From Candidatus Roizmanbacteria bacterium CG_4_9_14_0_2_um_filter_38_17 (GTDB lineage Bacteria > Patescibacteriota > Microgenomatia > GCA-00278855): a stretch of DNA of 64,000 nucleotides. Location of the stretch: positions 494 through 64,493 of the forward strand of contig PFSB01000021.1 in the NCBI GenBank assembly GCA_002788855.1, written 5' to 3'. The translations under genes were made by a program, and so were the position numbers. The notes beneath the pieces were generated by a model. It was not told the origin of the DNA and did not search any database. It saw only the letters and a program-made list of their open reading frames with translations. The first letter of the stretch is position 1, and each line of letters starts with the position of its first letter. Positions 37,431-46,686 of this stretch are shown piece after piece.

Positions 37431-37470
37431 AGGTTCAACCCACATTCGTAAGTTCACCTGCTTATGAAGG
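37431..37470 (+). repeat. Imperfect direct repeat R2 (aggttcaacccacattcgtaag...tatgaagg)
   Basis: Partner of R1. Followed by the hairpin taaccccgagggttag. Confidence 0.45.
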
Positions 37471-37560
37471 TCTAACCCCGAGGGTTAGAGTAGATTCAGA
37501 AATTCTAAACCAGTTATTTTAGCCCGTTAATAAGCCATTTGTAACCCCCGAGGTTGTATG

Positions 37561-39708
37561 CTATACTTTGGCAACCGGGACTGTAAACAAAAAGGTAGAG
37601 CCTTTACCCGCTTCCGACTCTATCCATATCTTTCCTCCATGCATTTCAATAATCTGCTTAGAAACATATAATCCCAGACCAGTTCCTCCAACTTCCGCCA
37701 TGGCAGTATACGAGCTTTCTACTCTGCCAAATTTCTTAAATAGACGTTTTTGGTCAGACTTACTTATCCCTGTGCCTGTATCTCGCACATCAACTACAAT
37801 AAACTTACCCCGTTTAATAAAACCAACGGTAATTGATCCACCCTTAGGTGTAAACTTTAACGCATTACTAATAAGATTATCCATAACCTGATAAATCTTG
37901 TCATGGTCAACAAACACAAACGGCATTTTTTTCTTTTGAACCGTTAGCCTAACTTTCCGCTCATGCGCTCTACCAATTAGCTCATGCATGCTCTCATTAG
38001 CTAGCTCAACAATATCTATTTTTTCTTTATTAATTTCAAATCGATTTCCTTCGATTCTAGATACATCGAGCATATCGTTAACCAAATTTATTGTTCTCTG
38101 AGTAGAAACATATGCTCTATTTAAATGATCAGTTCCTTTTTTACCTAGATTTTTTCCGCTCTTATTGAGAACCATCCATAAATAACTCTTGACAGCCGTC
38201 ATTGGGGTTCGGAGCTCATGACTTGTTATGGAGATAAATTCATCTTTAATCTTATCAAGATCCCTAAGTCTCTTATTCGCACCCCGTAGGTTGGAAGTAG
38301 CTTCTTCTATCTCCTTTTTTAACTTTATATTAAACTGCTTTATTTCTTCATAAGCTCTGGCATTATCTATAGCTACTGAGATCTGGGGACCTATTATCTC
38401 CAACACATTAATATCTTCACTGGTATATACATCACCAGAGGCTTTGTCTCCTAATATTAAAGCGCCAATTACCACCCTTTCTGCAATTAATGGGACCACC
38501 ACACTAAACTCATTCTTCCGCATAATCTCCTTAACCCCTCCTTCATCTAGTTCGTCAAAGACTAATACATTTGAGCCTTTATTCGGTCCAGCTGCAATAA
38601 GCTTTTTTATATCATTAGCAACTAATTTTGACTTATTACTACCAACTGTTAACGACCAATCTACTCTCGAACCCTTTACAAGCACTATAGTTGCATTGGT
38701 AGCTTTCAGATTAGATTCCATCTGATCCAACACCCCCTGTGATAGACCTGTCAGGTCATACGTTGACGCCATAAGCCTCCCAAGCTTTCCAAGTAAATGA
38801 TTTACATCATACCTATCTCTATAAAATAATTTATCCGTTGCTCGCTCCAATCGACGACGTAGTGGCTGAAACGTAAACGCCATAACAAGTGCTAATAAGG
38901 TCGAAGTAATTAAATTTACACTTGAAGAAGGTTCCCTGGTAATAAAATTACCAACTACAAACAAACCTAACGCATATAAACCGCCTAGAATAGTTATTAA
39001 TAAGGAGTATGCCACAGATCTAGCAACTATTAGTCGAATATCTAAGAACCTGTGCTTGACTATTGCATAACCCACAAAACTTACAAAAAATAAAGTATAA
39101 AGCGGTAGTAGTCCAACAAACTGTGTATTATTAAAAAGTATAACAAATAACATATTACTAATGAGTATTGACATAAACATTAATATCGCACCAAGTAAAA
39201 ATAATTTAAGCTGAATTTTTTGTCTCCCAGATAACTTGAGATATTTTCTAATCAGCACAAATATAGCTCCACCAATAAAAAAAACAGTGTGAGCAACAAA
39301 TAACAACATACCTATCCCAGGAATCGGTTGCGTTGTATTCTTTTCTACCCCACTAAACACCAGATTCATCTGAACAAGTGGCAACAAGACCACAGTCATT
39401 GTTATCAGCAATATTACATATACTTTCTGTATAGGGAATCTTGCATACGGAAAAGTAGTAGCTAATAAAAAGAAAAATAGGTTAATAACAAGTGCAATTG
39501 TCATCACCTGTTTTATCCAGAAAAAAGTTTCTGCATCGGATGATTGATGAAGAGCAAAGTAGTTAAATAAAAGATAAAAACTTATTGAAACTGCAAAAAG
39601 AAAAAACATCCTACTCGTTGTACTTCTGGGATTCTTATAATAGGTTACTAATCCTATTGCCGAGTTTCCAACAAACGCAATTACGACTATGAGCAGATCA
39701 AGCAGCAT
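37561..39708 (-). CDS. Multi-TM sensor histidine kinase with GAF-like and HisKA/HATPase_c domains
   Basis: About eight N-terminal TM helices. H-box ITSHELRTPMTAV. G-boxes DTGTGI and GGTGLGLYVSKQIIEMHGG. Start set to internal Met MLLDLL to avoid an 80-bp overlap; the ORF track start is 39798. Confidence 0.75.
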   Translation of the reverse strand: MLLDLLIVVIAFVGNSAIGLVTYYKNPRSTTSRMFFLFAVSISFYLLFNYFALHQSSDAETFFWIKQVMTIALVINLFFFLLATTFPYARFPIQKVYVILLITMTVVLLPLVQMNLVFSGVEKNTTQPIPGIGMLLFVAHTVFFIGGAIFVLIRKYLKLSGRQKIQLKLFLLGAILMFMSILISNMLFVILFNNTQFVGLLPLYTLFFVSFVGYAIVKHRFLDIRLIVARSVAYSLLITILGGLYALGLFVVGNFITREPSSSVNLITSTLLALVMAFTFQPLRRRLERATDKLFYRDRYDVNHLLGKLGRLMASTYDLTGLSQGVLDQMESNLKATNATIVLVKGSRVDWSLTVGSNKSKLVANDIKKLIAAGPNKGSNVLVFDELDEGGVKEIMRKNEFSVVVPLIAERVVIGALILGDKASGDVYTSEDINVLEIIGPQISVAIDNARAYEEIKQFNIKLKKEIEEATSNLRGANKRLRDLDKIKDEFISITSHELRTPMTAVKSYLWMVLNKSGKNLGKKGTDHLNRAYVSTQRTINLVNDMLDVSRIEGNRFEINKEKIDIVELANESMHELIGRAHERKVRLTVQKKKMPFVFVDHDKIYQVMDNLISNALKFTPKGGSITVGFIKRGKFIVVDVRDTGTGISKSDQKRLFKKFGRVESSYTAMAEVGGTGLGLYVSKQIIEMHGGKIWIESEAGKGSTFLFTVPVAKV

Positions 39709-39718
39709 AGAACCATTA

Positions 39719-40762
39719 TTACATCTTAGATAGCAGTTGAGCAACATCCCTACGAGGACTATGGTGAGGTGAGTTATTTGAATAGCCCATTCTAGCAAAG
39801 AAAGTAGGACTCATTTCTATGCCCAACATCTTCATTAACTTAGTGCGAACCTTTTTATATTCAATCATTCCACTAAAAGGAGCAGTTCCTATTCCTTCAA
39901 TTAAAAAAGCTAATGTTAAAAACGAATACAACTTTCCTGTCTTAAGCCAACCAACTTTATCATCCATAGCAGAGCTAATAACTAACAACCCCGTAGAGTT
40001 TAATACCATCCTTCGCTCCATATTAGCTTGAATAGATGGATTAGTTAGCTTTATTAGATATGGAGCAAATAACGAAATAATTCCTGGAACTCCAAATCCA
40101 GATAAAGGCATTCCATCGAATTTTTTTGTATTATTAGGCCTAACCCAGGTTGATAATTCTTCCTTGAATATTGTATCTCTAAATGCAAACATAATTGCTT
40201 TATATACTAGATCTGCAGCTTTCTCTATATCTCTCTTGCTAGTTACAATTCCTAGCGAAACACCACTATCTTTGAATCTTGACCTTAGTTTATCTATAGT
40301 TTGCACATTTAACTGCTTATCCTCATATACACCTCTATCCGTTGATCTCTTGGTAATTACAGAGAACATATCGCTATATAAAGATTTTGTCGTCCGTTTA
40401 GTAAGAAATAACTCAACCGCTACTCCATTTAATCTAGACTCTGGCAAATATTCAATTCTTACATGAAAGCCAAAATAGTCTGCCGCAACTAATAGATTAC
40501 CTAAAGCACATCCTAAGCTTATATAAAGTTCTCTATTTTCTCTATCAGAGTAATATAACGATCTTTCTAAATCTGGCAACAGTTGAATAGATTCTTTTGT
40601 TATTTCAAATCTCCAAGGTTGCGTATTGTGACTATTTGGAGCAAGGATTGCATATCGTATCAAAAATTCAGCTTTATCCATAAATTTTCCACCAATTGGA
40701 AAATTCTTAAGATCTACCTCCCATGGTAAATATGGATTTGTAATATTATTTTTCCTCATCAT
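39719..40762 (-). CDS. Two-domain nitroreductase-family flavoprotein
   Basis: APNSHNTQPWRFEI is the nitroreductase FMN-binding signature. ~340 aa suggests a tandem nitroreductase fold. Alternative start MDKAEF at 40681. Confidence 0.6.
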   Translation of the reverse strand: MMRKNNITNPYLPWEVDLKNFPIGGKFMDKAEFLIRYAILAPNSHNTQPWRFEITKESIQLLPDLERSLYYSDRENRELYISLGCALGNLLVAADYFGFHVRIEYLPESRLNGVAVELFLTKRTTKSLYSDMFSVITKRSTDRGVYEDKQLNVQTIDKLRSRFKDSGVSLGIVTSKRDIEKAADLVYKAIMFAFRDTIFKEELSTWVRPNNTKKFDGMPLSGFGVPGIISLFAPYLIKLTNPSIQANMERRMVLNSTGLLVISSAMDDKVGWLKTGKLYSFLTLAFLIEGIGTAPFSGMIEYKKVRTKLMKMLGIEMSPTFFARMGYSNNSPHHSPRRDVAQLLSKM

Positions 40763-41801
40763 TTTTCTGCAAAACTAATTCTAGCTGCTTAATTAATGTA
40801 TTTCTCTTTTTTATATTCTTTTCCAACTTATAATCCGAAACCAACAGATCATCTAAAGATAAGTAATATCGACCACTAATAACTTTCTCCCCAAGAATTA
40901 TTTTTTTTATGGTAGTCGTAATTAGTCCTCCTGCAATAGTAGCTGTTGCTCCTAATTGTGGCCAAGTAGATATTGAACCATTTATTGCAAATAATGACTT
41001 ACTCATCCTCTCTGAATTTCCTTTTAAACCAACAAGTTTGATAATCATTTTTCTCAAAATAACCTCATCGTTTGTTTGTAGTATAGTATAAATATCTTCT
41101 TGGGAAAGTCTGCCTAAAAATGGCACAGTATTCACATCAAGATCGTACCTCTCAATATTCATAATTACATTATCACCAACATCAGCCACGGTGATAATAG
41201 GTATCTTCCTATCTCTAGCAATTCTACGAAGAATTATTTTTGCATGTAGATTATCAACTTCATCTACAATTAAGTCAGCACCTGTATTATCCCTTATAAA
41301 GGGTTCAATTTTTGATGCATCACGTTCCATATGTTTGTAGATTTTTGTATATGGATTCATACCAATTATCCTATCTTCAACATAATCTACTTTTCTAACA
41401 CCTAAATCATTCCACAGAGCCTGAATTCTATTAAGATTAGTAGCATCAATCCTATCGTAATCAGCAATCTTTATAGCATCGGGTCTTGCCTGCATAGCCC
41501 ACGTAATTGCTGCATGACTACCAACGCTCAAACCAAAGAAAGCAACCACTGTTTTTCTTAAAACATCTTGCTCGTCTGGAAATATTAGATTTTTATTACG
41601 TGAGGTAGTTAAATCTAGAAAAGCTTTTTTCGGCAAAAATGTATCTTTCCTTCCTTTTAATATGGTTTCTTTTTTTACCTGACTTGAAACTTGATTTTTT
41701 AAGTTTTGAAATATATCTTGTTTAAAATCCAGATGTGGATTTCTAACCTTATATAACTCCTTAAGAAGCTTGTTAAATAAATCTTTTTTTGACTTAGACA
41801 T
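40746..41801 (-). CDS. ThiF/MoeB/E1-like adenylyltransferase family protein
   Basis: VVAFFGLSVGSHAAITWAMQARPDAIKIADYDRIDATNLNRI matches the Rossmann ThiF signature (GxGxxG variant, D-x-D, NLNRQ-like). Confidence 0.6.
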   Translation of the reverse strand: MSKSKKDLFNKLLKELYKVRNPHLDFKQDIFQNLKNQVSSQVKKETILKGRKDTFLPKKAFLDLTTSRNKNLIFPDEQDVLRKTVVAFFGLSVGSHAAITWAMQARPDAIKIADYDRIDATNLNRIQALWNDLGVRKVDYVEDRIIGMNPYTKIYKHMERDASKIEPFIRDNTGADLIVDEVDNLHAKIILRRIARDRKIPIITVADVGDNVIMNIERYDLDVNTVPFLGRLSQEDIYTILQTNDEVILRKMIIKLVGLKGNSERMSKSLFAINGSISTWPQLGATATIAGGLITTTIKKIILGEKVISGRYYLSLDDLLVSDYKLEKNIKKRNTLIKQLELVLQKNDEEK

Positions 41802-41804
41802 AAT

Positions 41805-43298
41805 TTAGGCTGTTTTAATGAATTTATGTCTCGAAAAATATTCTTTATCTTCGTGTTCATGAAGAACAATAACTGGCTTAACCTTATCACCTAATTCGTT
41901 CAATACATATCTATATTCACTGTTTCTTTTACTAAGTTCTTCAACAAATATGTCCTTTATTTTTAAAACCATATTTTTAGCTCCTAAATTACCTTTTAAT
42001 AACTCAACCCTACAGTACAAAACGGGATTATTATTTTCATCGTCTATTATTTCAAGCTTAAATCTACCAGTAATATAATCTTTAAGATGCTTATGGTCTA
42101 GTGCGTATTGAACATGCTCTGTATAGACATTTGCACCATAAATCTTAACCATAAATTTATCCCTACCATATAAATATACATAAGGTAACTGCCATTTAGA
42201 TGTACATAGCTGCTTCTGGTTTCCACTAGGAAAAAAATTAGATAAATCTTTTGCACTAATTACTCCACCTTCATCTTTAATGTTATAGCGAATAAGAGGG
42301 CAACCATAATTCTTAGTAATAACTAATTCATTATTCTCTTGTTGGAAAAAAATCAATCTTGGATCAAAATTATATATGGATGGTATACGGTTTGACTTAA
42401 ATATCTCACTTGTTAATTGTTGGTTATCAGTAATTATTTTTCTATAATAAATTGAGCTTGGAGACTCAAAACCCATTAGGGCCGCATCTGCAGATCCATA
42501 TAGATTTATAAATGTATGGTAAATATTATCTGATCCTACTTTTTCAATAATATGCTCGCGCCATCTTTCTGTTATTGCTTGACCAGTTCCTAAAAGTCTC
42601 AATGACAACTTATTAAGCTGTATGCCCCTATTTATGCATTCATCTATAACATCTTTTAAAAACTGCGTATGACCAGTTAAAATTATTTGTTCGAAAGCAT
42701 CAGCCACATTTGTTAACACTTCAATTACTGCGTCCGTTGAATATCCTGGAGACATTAATGTTAGTGGGTAACCTTTCCATGAAACTAAATTCACAACAGC
42801 AGAAGTAAATGTTCCAGCTATCCAATTTCCCATAGCAAACCCATTAATTAGTAACGTTCTTTTTTGGCCTACATTTAGTAAGGTATTAAAAATTAACTCA
42901 TGCAAATAAGCACCTTCTATCTCAGAAGATAAATTACGTGGCCAAAAAATAGGCACGCCTGTAGTACCTGAACTAGTAGATATAATATGCATTTGATCCA
43001 AATTACCATCCCAACACCTAGTTTCCACATCATACTTCTGAACATAATTATCTTTATCAGTTTGTGGAACCTGTTGGTAGTTACTTATAGTCTTAACCAA
43101 TTGAGGATTGATCTTGTTTTTCTTTAAAAAATTCTTATAAGCTGGAACTCTTATCGCAGCTTCATGAAAAAGTTTCAGGGTATGCTTTTTGGATTGTACT
43201 TGAAGATTTGACGCACTCTGTAAATTGGTATCAGCATAAAAACTTCTGTCATTAATCCATTTGGTGAACAGTGTGCTATTTTTTCCTTTCGAAATCAT
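41805..43298 (-). CDS. Adenylate-forming enzyme, PaaK / coenzyme F390 synthetase-like
   Basis: ISTSSGTTGVPIFWP is an SSGTTG P-loop of the ANL superfamily, PaaK-like subgroup. 4-bp gap to the upstream lyase gene. Confidence 0.6.
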   Translation of the reverse strand: MISKGKNSTLFTKWINDRSFYADTNLQSASNLQVQSKKHTLKLFHEAAIRVPAYKNFLKKNKINPQLVKTISNYQQVPQTDKDNYVQKYDVETRCWDGNLDQMHIISTSSGTTGVPIFWPRNLSSEIEGAYLHELIFNTLLNVGQKRTLLINGFAMGNWIAGTFTSAVVNLVSWKGYPLTLMSPGYSTDAVIEVLTNVADAFEQIILTGHTQFLKDVIDECINRGIQLNKLSLRLLGTGQAITERWREHIIEKVGSDNIYHTFINLYGSADAALMGFESPSSIYYRKIITDNQQLTSEIFKSNRIPSIYNFDPRLIFFQQENNELVITKNYGCPLIRYNIKDEGGVISAKDLSNFFPSGNQKQLCTSKWQLPYVYLYGRDKFMVKIYGANVYTEHVQYALDHKHLKDYITGRFKLEIIDDENNNPVLYCRVELLKGNLGAKNMVLKIKDIFVEELSKRNSEYRYVLNELGDKVKPVIVLHEHEDKEYFSRHKFIKTA

Positions 43299-44978
43299 CT
43301 ACGATAATTCTGAAAAAACATTATCTATCACTACCGAATTAAAGGAATTAGACTCAATAAGTGAATAAATCTGCTCAATCTCACCGCCTAGAGACCTTTC
43401 TATATCCAAGTATTTTACATTCTCCCTGATAAAATTATATACTGGTCTTGTTCTTGGAGATAATAACTTTGGACCTCCACGTAAATCAACTGCTTGCGCT
43501 ACTGCTATTAAATTTTGTGCTAATGAATATCTTGCTATTTTCAAATTCTCAAGGCCTAATATTCCAGATGTTAAAGAATGCGCAGTAATGTCCTGATTTC
43601 TCTCTTCATGTACACCAAACATCGTGCTAACTGGAAATGACAATAAAGTTGAATAGATATCAAACATACCCGACTGGATCTGCACACCTTTAAACGCACA
43701 CCCCGTAATGGCTTTTTTATCAGAAAGATTTGGTGGTAAACCATTATTTTCACTAGGATCAATTAACCTAGCTAAATGTCTATCGTTAAGTTTCGTTATT
43801 TGAGTCATAATTTTGCGTAAACTATCCATCGCATCAACCATATGCATTGCTAAGAAATTGCCACCACTTACCCAGTGCCAGGGATCCTCACCTTCTACAG
43901 CGTACTCGGGTGCAACCCAGAGAGGGTTATCAGATACTGAATTCGCATTGACCGTTATTACATCCAAGATCTGTTTTATCTTCTCGACATTAACCCCTTG
44001 ATATTGTGCTGCTCCTCTGAGACTATATCCATCCTGAACTTTTCTACCTCTAGGTCGTTTTTTATGCTCCTTCATTTCCTGGTATGCAAGTCCACTCCCA
44101 TTAAGTAGATATCTATACAAACCAGCAACTTCTTTTTGCCCAGCATGGGGACGCACATCACTCAATAAAGGATGAAAAGATCTATCTGATCCTTCAAGAA
44201 CTTCTACCATCATTGCTCCAGTAACAATTGAAAGTAACAGTGCACTAAGCGTATCAACGGCGAGAAGAGCTGCTAATGCAGTTGAAAAATTATCACCATT
44301 AACCAATCCTAATCCTACTTTAGGATCTAATCGCAAGCTCTTAATGCCTGCTTTAGATAAAGCTTCTTTCGCTAATCTCTCTTTCCCAGATTTATCCATA
44401 ACCATAGCTCCAGGTAGCTGTCTCAACACACTCAATACTCGTGCATTATGTGCTAGATCACCAGAAGCACCTATTCCTCCGTATTGATTAACTACCGGCG
44501 TAAGATGTTTATTCAGCGCATCTCCGTATAGTTTTAAATCTGCCAATTTAACCCCACTAACACCATTCATTAACATGTTAATCCGAATAAGCATTGCTCC
44601 ACGTACTACATCCGCAGAGAATTTTGGACCCACTGATACATCAACATGAACAATTCCTTCAGATATCTTCTTAGCAATATTTACACGGGCTTCCGAAGAT
44701 CCATTAGTTAGCACTCTACCTGCTTGCCCTCCATACCCAGTATTGCATCCGTACACTGGTACACCTTGCTTAACATCGCTCATCATGTGCTCATAACAAG
44801 TAGTTATTCTGGATATAACTTCTTGGTCATCAGTTAAAGATACTTTTTTTCCCGATCTGGCAACAGCAACTACATCATTAATCTGCAAGCCCTGACCTGA
44901 AATAACAACTTTTTTGGAAGACTTAAATAATTCAGAGCTTATTTCAAAAAGACTTTTATTTGTGTATGAATCTTGCAT
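43299..44978 (-). CDS. MIO-dependent aromatic amino acid ammonia-lyase / aminomutase (HAL/PAL/TAM family)
   Basis: GGIGASGDLAHNARV contains the Ala-Ser-Gly triad that forms the MIO cofactor. Family-typical length (559 aa). Confidence 0.8.
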   Translation of the reverse strand: MQDSYTNKSLFEISSELFKSSKKVVISGQGLQINDVVAVARSGKKVSLTDDQEVISRITTCYEHMMSDVKQGVPVYGCNTGYGGQAGRVLTNGSSEARVNIAKKISEGIVHVDVSVGPKFSADVVRGAMLIRINMLMNGVSGVKLADLKLYGDALNKHLTPVVNQYGGIGASGDLAHNARVLSVLRQLPGAMVMDKSGKERLAKEALSKAGIKSLRLDPKVGLGLVNGDNFSTALAALLAVDTLSALLLSIVTGAMMVEVLEGSDRSFHPLLSDVRPHAGQKEVAGLYRYLLNGSGLAYQEMKEHKKRPRGRKVQDGYSLRGAAQYQGVNVEKIKQILDVITVNANSVSDNPLWVAPEYAVEGEDPWHWVSGGNFLAMHMVDAMDSLRKIMTQITKLNDRHLARLIDPSENNGLPPNLSDKKAITGCAFKGVQIQSGMFDIYSTLLSFPVSTMFGVHEERNQDITAHSLTSGILGLENLKIARYSLAQNLIAVAQAVDLRGGPKLLSPRTRPVYNFIRENVKYLDIERSLGGEIEQIYSLIESNSFNSVVIDNVFSELS

Positions 44979-45066
44979 TAATATATTGGGCTCACAATAA
45001 TCCCATAAGTTTAACAGTTTTAGTGCGTATCGTCAACGTTTTTTCCAACTGCTTGGACAATATTAT

Positions 45067-45102
45067 AACCCACTCCTGGAGTGGGTTAGGTTGACACCTC
45101 GG
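45067..45102 (+). repeat. REP element copy D
   Basis: aacccactcctggagtgggttaggttgacacctcgg; overlaps last 4 codons of pyrD (..EVST*). Confidence 0.8.
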
Positions 45103-46237
45103 GATAATTACTATTTTCACCAATTGCCTCTGAAATTGAGTCGTATCCATCCTTTTCTAACAACTCCACCAACCCTTGATTAATTTCACTGATTACCTGA
45201 GGGCCTTGGTAAATCATACCCGTTATTAACTGAATGAGCGATGCACCCGCTTTTATTTTCTTATAGGCATCCTCTGCTGTAAACACCCCACCACAACCAA
45301 TAATCACCAACTTACCCTTGGTCTTATTGTATACATACTTAATTAGCTCGTCGGATAAATCCTTCACAACCTTTCCACTCATTCCTCCTTTATCTGGGAT
45401 ATTAGCATCTTTTATATTGGGATTGTTTCTAACTTTCGTCAAATTAGATATAACCAATCCATTTACTCGGTGATTAGCTACTACTTTTAATAATTCATCT
45501 ATTTCTTTTTTAGCAAGATCTGGAGACAACTTCACAAACACTGGTTTATTTACTTTAATCTTATCCAGTTCGGCTAATAATAGCCTAAGTCTTTTAGCAT
45601 CTGTAAAAGGTTCCCCTCCATACGCATTTGGACAGCTAATATTAACTGTTATATAACTTCCAATATTCACAAACACACTAAACGCTTTTGCATAATCTTT
45701 TATACCTGCCTTCGTAGAAACAGTTTTTTTGTTATTAGTCTTAGCTACACTAATTCCGATTGGAATCTTAAACCGCATATTTTTAAGCTTTGCAGATAAA
45801 ATTTGGCACCCCTTATTCTTTAATCCGTAATAAACTACAAGCGCCTTAGAATTAGGCAATCTCCAGAGCCTTGGCTTTGGATTACCGTCACAAGACTCAC
45901 CTGTAATTGAACCAACTTCCGCAAATCCAAACCCCACTGAAGGCAAGATCTGAGTAAGCTGGGCATCCTTATCAAAACCAGCGGCTAAGCCAACAGGATT
46001 AGAAAAATAAATGCCCAGTATGATTTGCGATAATTTTGGATTACTATAGCTAAATAGAAGATTGGTAATGGATCTTGTTAAAGAGAATTTCCCCAATAGC
46101 TGACCAACCTTTATCAGCTGATCGTGAACATCCTCCGGATCTAGTTTAAAAAACACCGGTTTTATAAAACTCCGATACACAAAACCAATAATTATATTTC
46201 TTAACTGCATATACACTACAACGTTAAGATAATACAT
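45086..46237 (-). CDS. pyrD: Dihydroorotate dehydrogenase (class 2-like with N-terminal extension)
   Basis: NPVGLAAGFDKD, catalytic region and GGMSGKVV FMN/substrate motifs. Confidence 0.8.
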   Translation of the reverse strand: MYYLNVVVYMQLRNIIIGFVYRSFIKPVFFKLDPEDVHDQLIKVGQLLGKFSLTRSITNLLFSYSNPKLSQIILGIYFSNPVGLAAGFDKDAQLTQILPSVGFGFAEVGSITGESCDGNPKPRLWRLPNSKALVVYYGLKNKGCQILSAKLKNMRFKIPIGISVAKTNNKKTVSTKAGIKDYAKAFSVFVNIGSYITVNISCPNAYGGEPFTDAKRLRLLLAELDKIKVNKPVFVKLSPDLAKKEIDELLKVVANHRVNGLVISNLTKVRNNPNIKDANIPDKGGMSGKVVKDLSDELIKYVYNKTKGKLVIIGCGGVFTAEDAYKKIKAGASLIQLITGMIYQGPQVISEINQGLVELLEKDGYDSISEAIGENSNYPEVST

Positions 46238-46287
46238 AAATTAAAAATAAGCAAGATTATTAGCAGTCTGGTGTGCTTTCTGCTAAA

Positions 46288-46332
46288 ACCACGCTTAGCG
46301 TGGTAAAAAAACCACGCTTAGCGTGGTAAAAT
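46288..46332 (+). promoter_or_regulatory. Tandem duplicated 22-bp unit (aaccacgcttagcgtggtaaaa x2) upstream of rnpB
   Basis: Each unit holds the palindrome ccacgc-ttag-cgtgg and a TGgTAAAAt extended -10-like box. The second unit sits ~10 nt upstream of the inferred rnpB 5' end. Confidence 0.45.
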
Positions 46333-46335
46333 ATA

Positions 46336-46686
46336 AGCTGAGAGGAGGATGGATAGCTACTGTGTACCCAACGTGGTTCATGGAGGAAAGTCCAGACAGC
46401 TCCGGATGAGGGGATGGAGTGTAAGCTCCGACTGGCAACAGCTGGTGTCTTGATTCCGAAAGGATGATAGAACAAGTCTAGAATTAACTAGACCTGAGAG
46501 CAACAGTGACGAATCTTTGGCTAAATTCAGAATAAACTCTGAGCATGTCGAAGGGGTGAAACGGGCAATCCCACCCGCTGCAACCGTTGACTTAACCGTT
46601 TTAAGGACATCCGGCCAAGGTTAGAAAACGGGCACAAGATAAATTGCTATCTAAAACAGAATCTGGCTTACAAGCCTCCTCTCACA
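46336..46686 (+). ncRNA. rnpB: RNase P RNA (bacterial type A-like)
   Basis: GGAGGAAAGTCCAGACAGCTCC matches the universal GGAAAGUCCGGGCUCC (P4 5' strand). GGGGTGAAACGGG matches the P10-P11 AGGGUGAAAnGGUG. 3' ACAGAATCTGGCTTA matches ACAGAACCCGGCUUA (P4 3' strand). 5' gagaggagg pairs with 3' cctcctctc as P1. The ORF 46260..46475 inside it is spurious. Confidence 0.75.

Noticed and set aside
46260-46475. 71-aa minus-strand ORF
   Set aside because: Lies entirely inside the RNase P RNA gene (covers the GGAAAGTCC P4 region). Almost certainly not coding.
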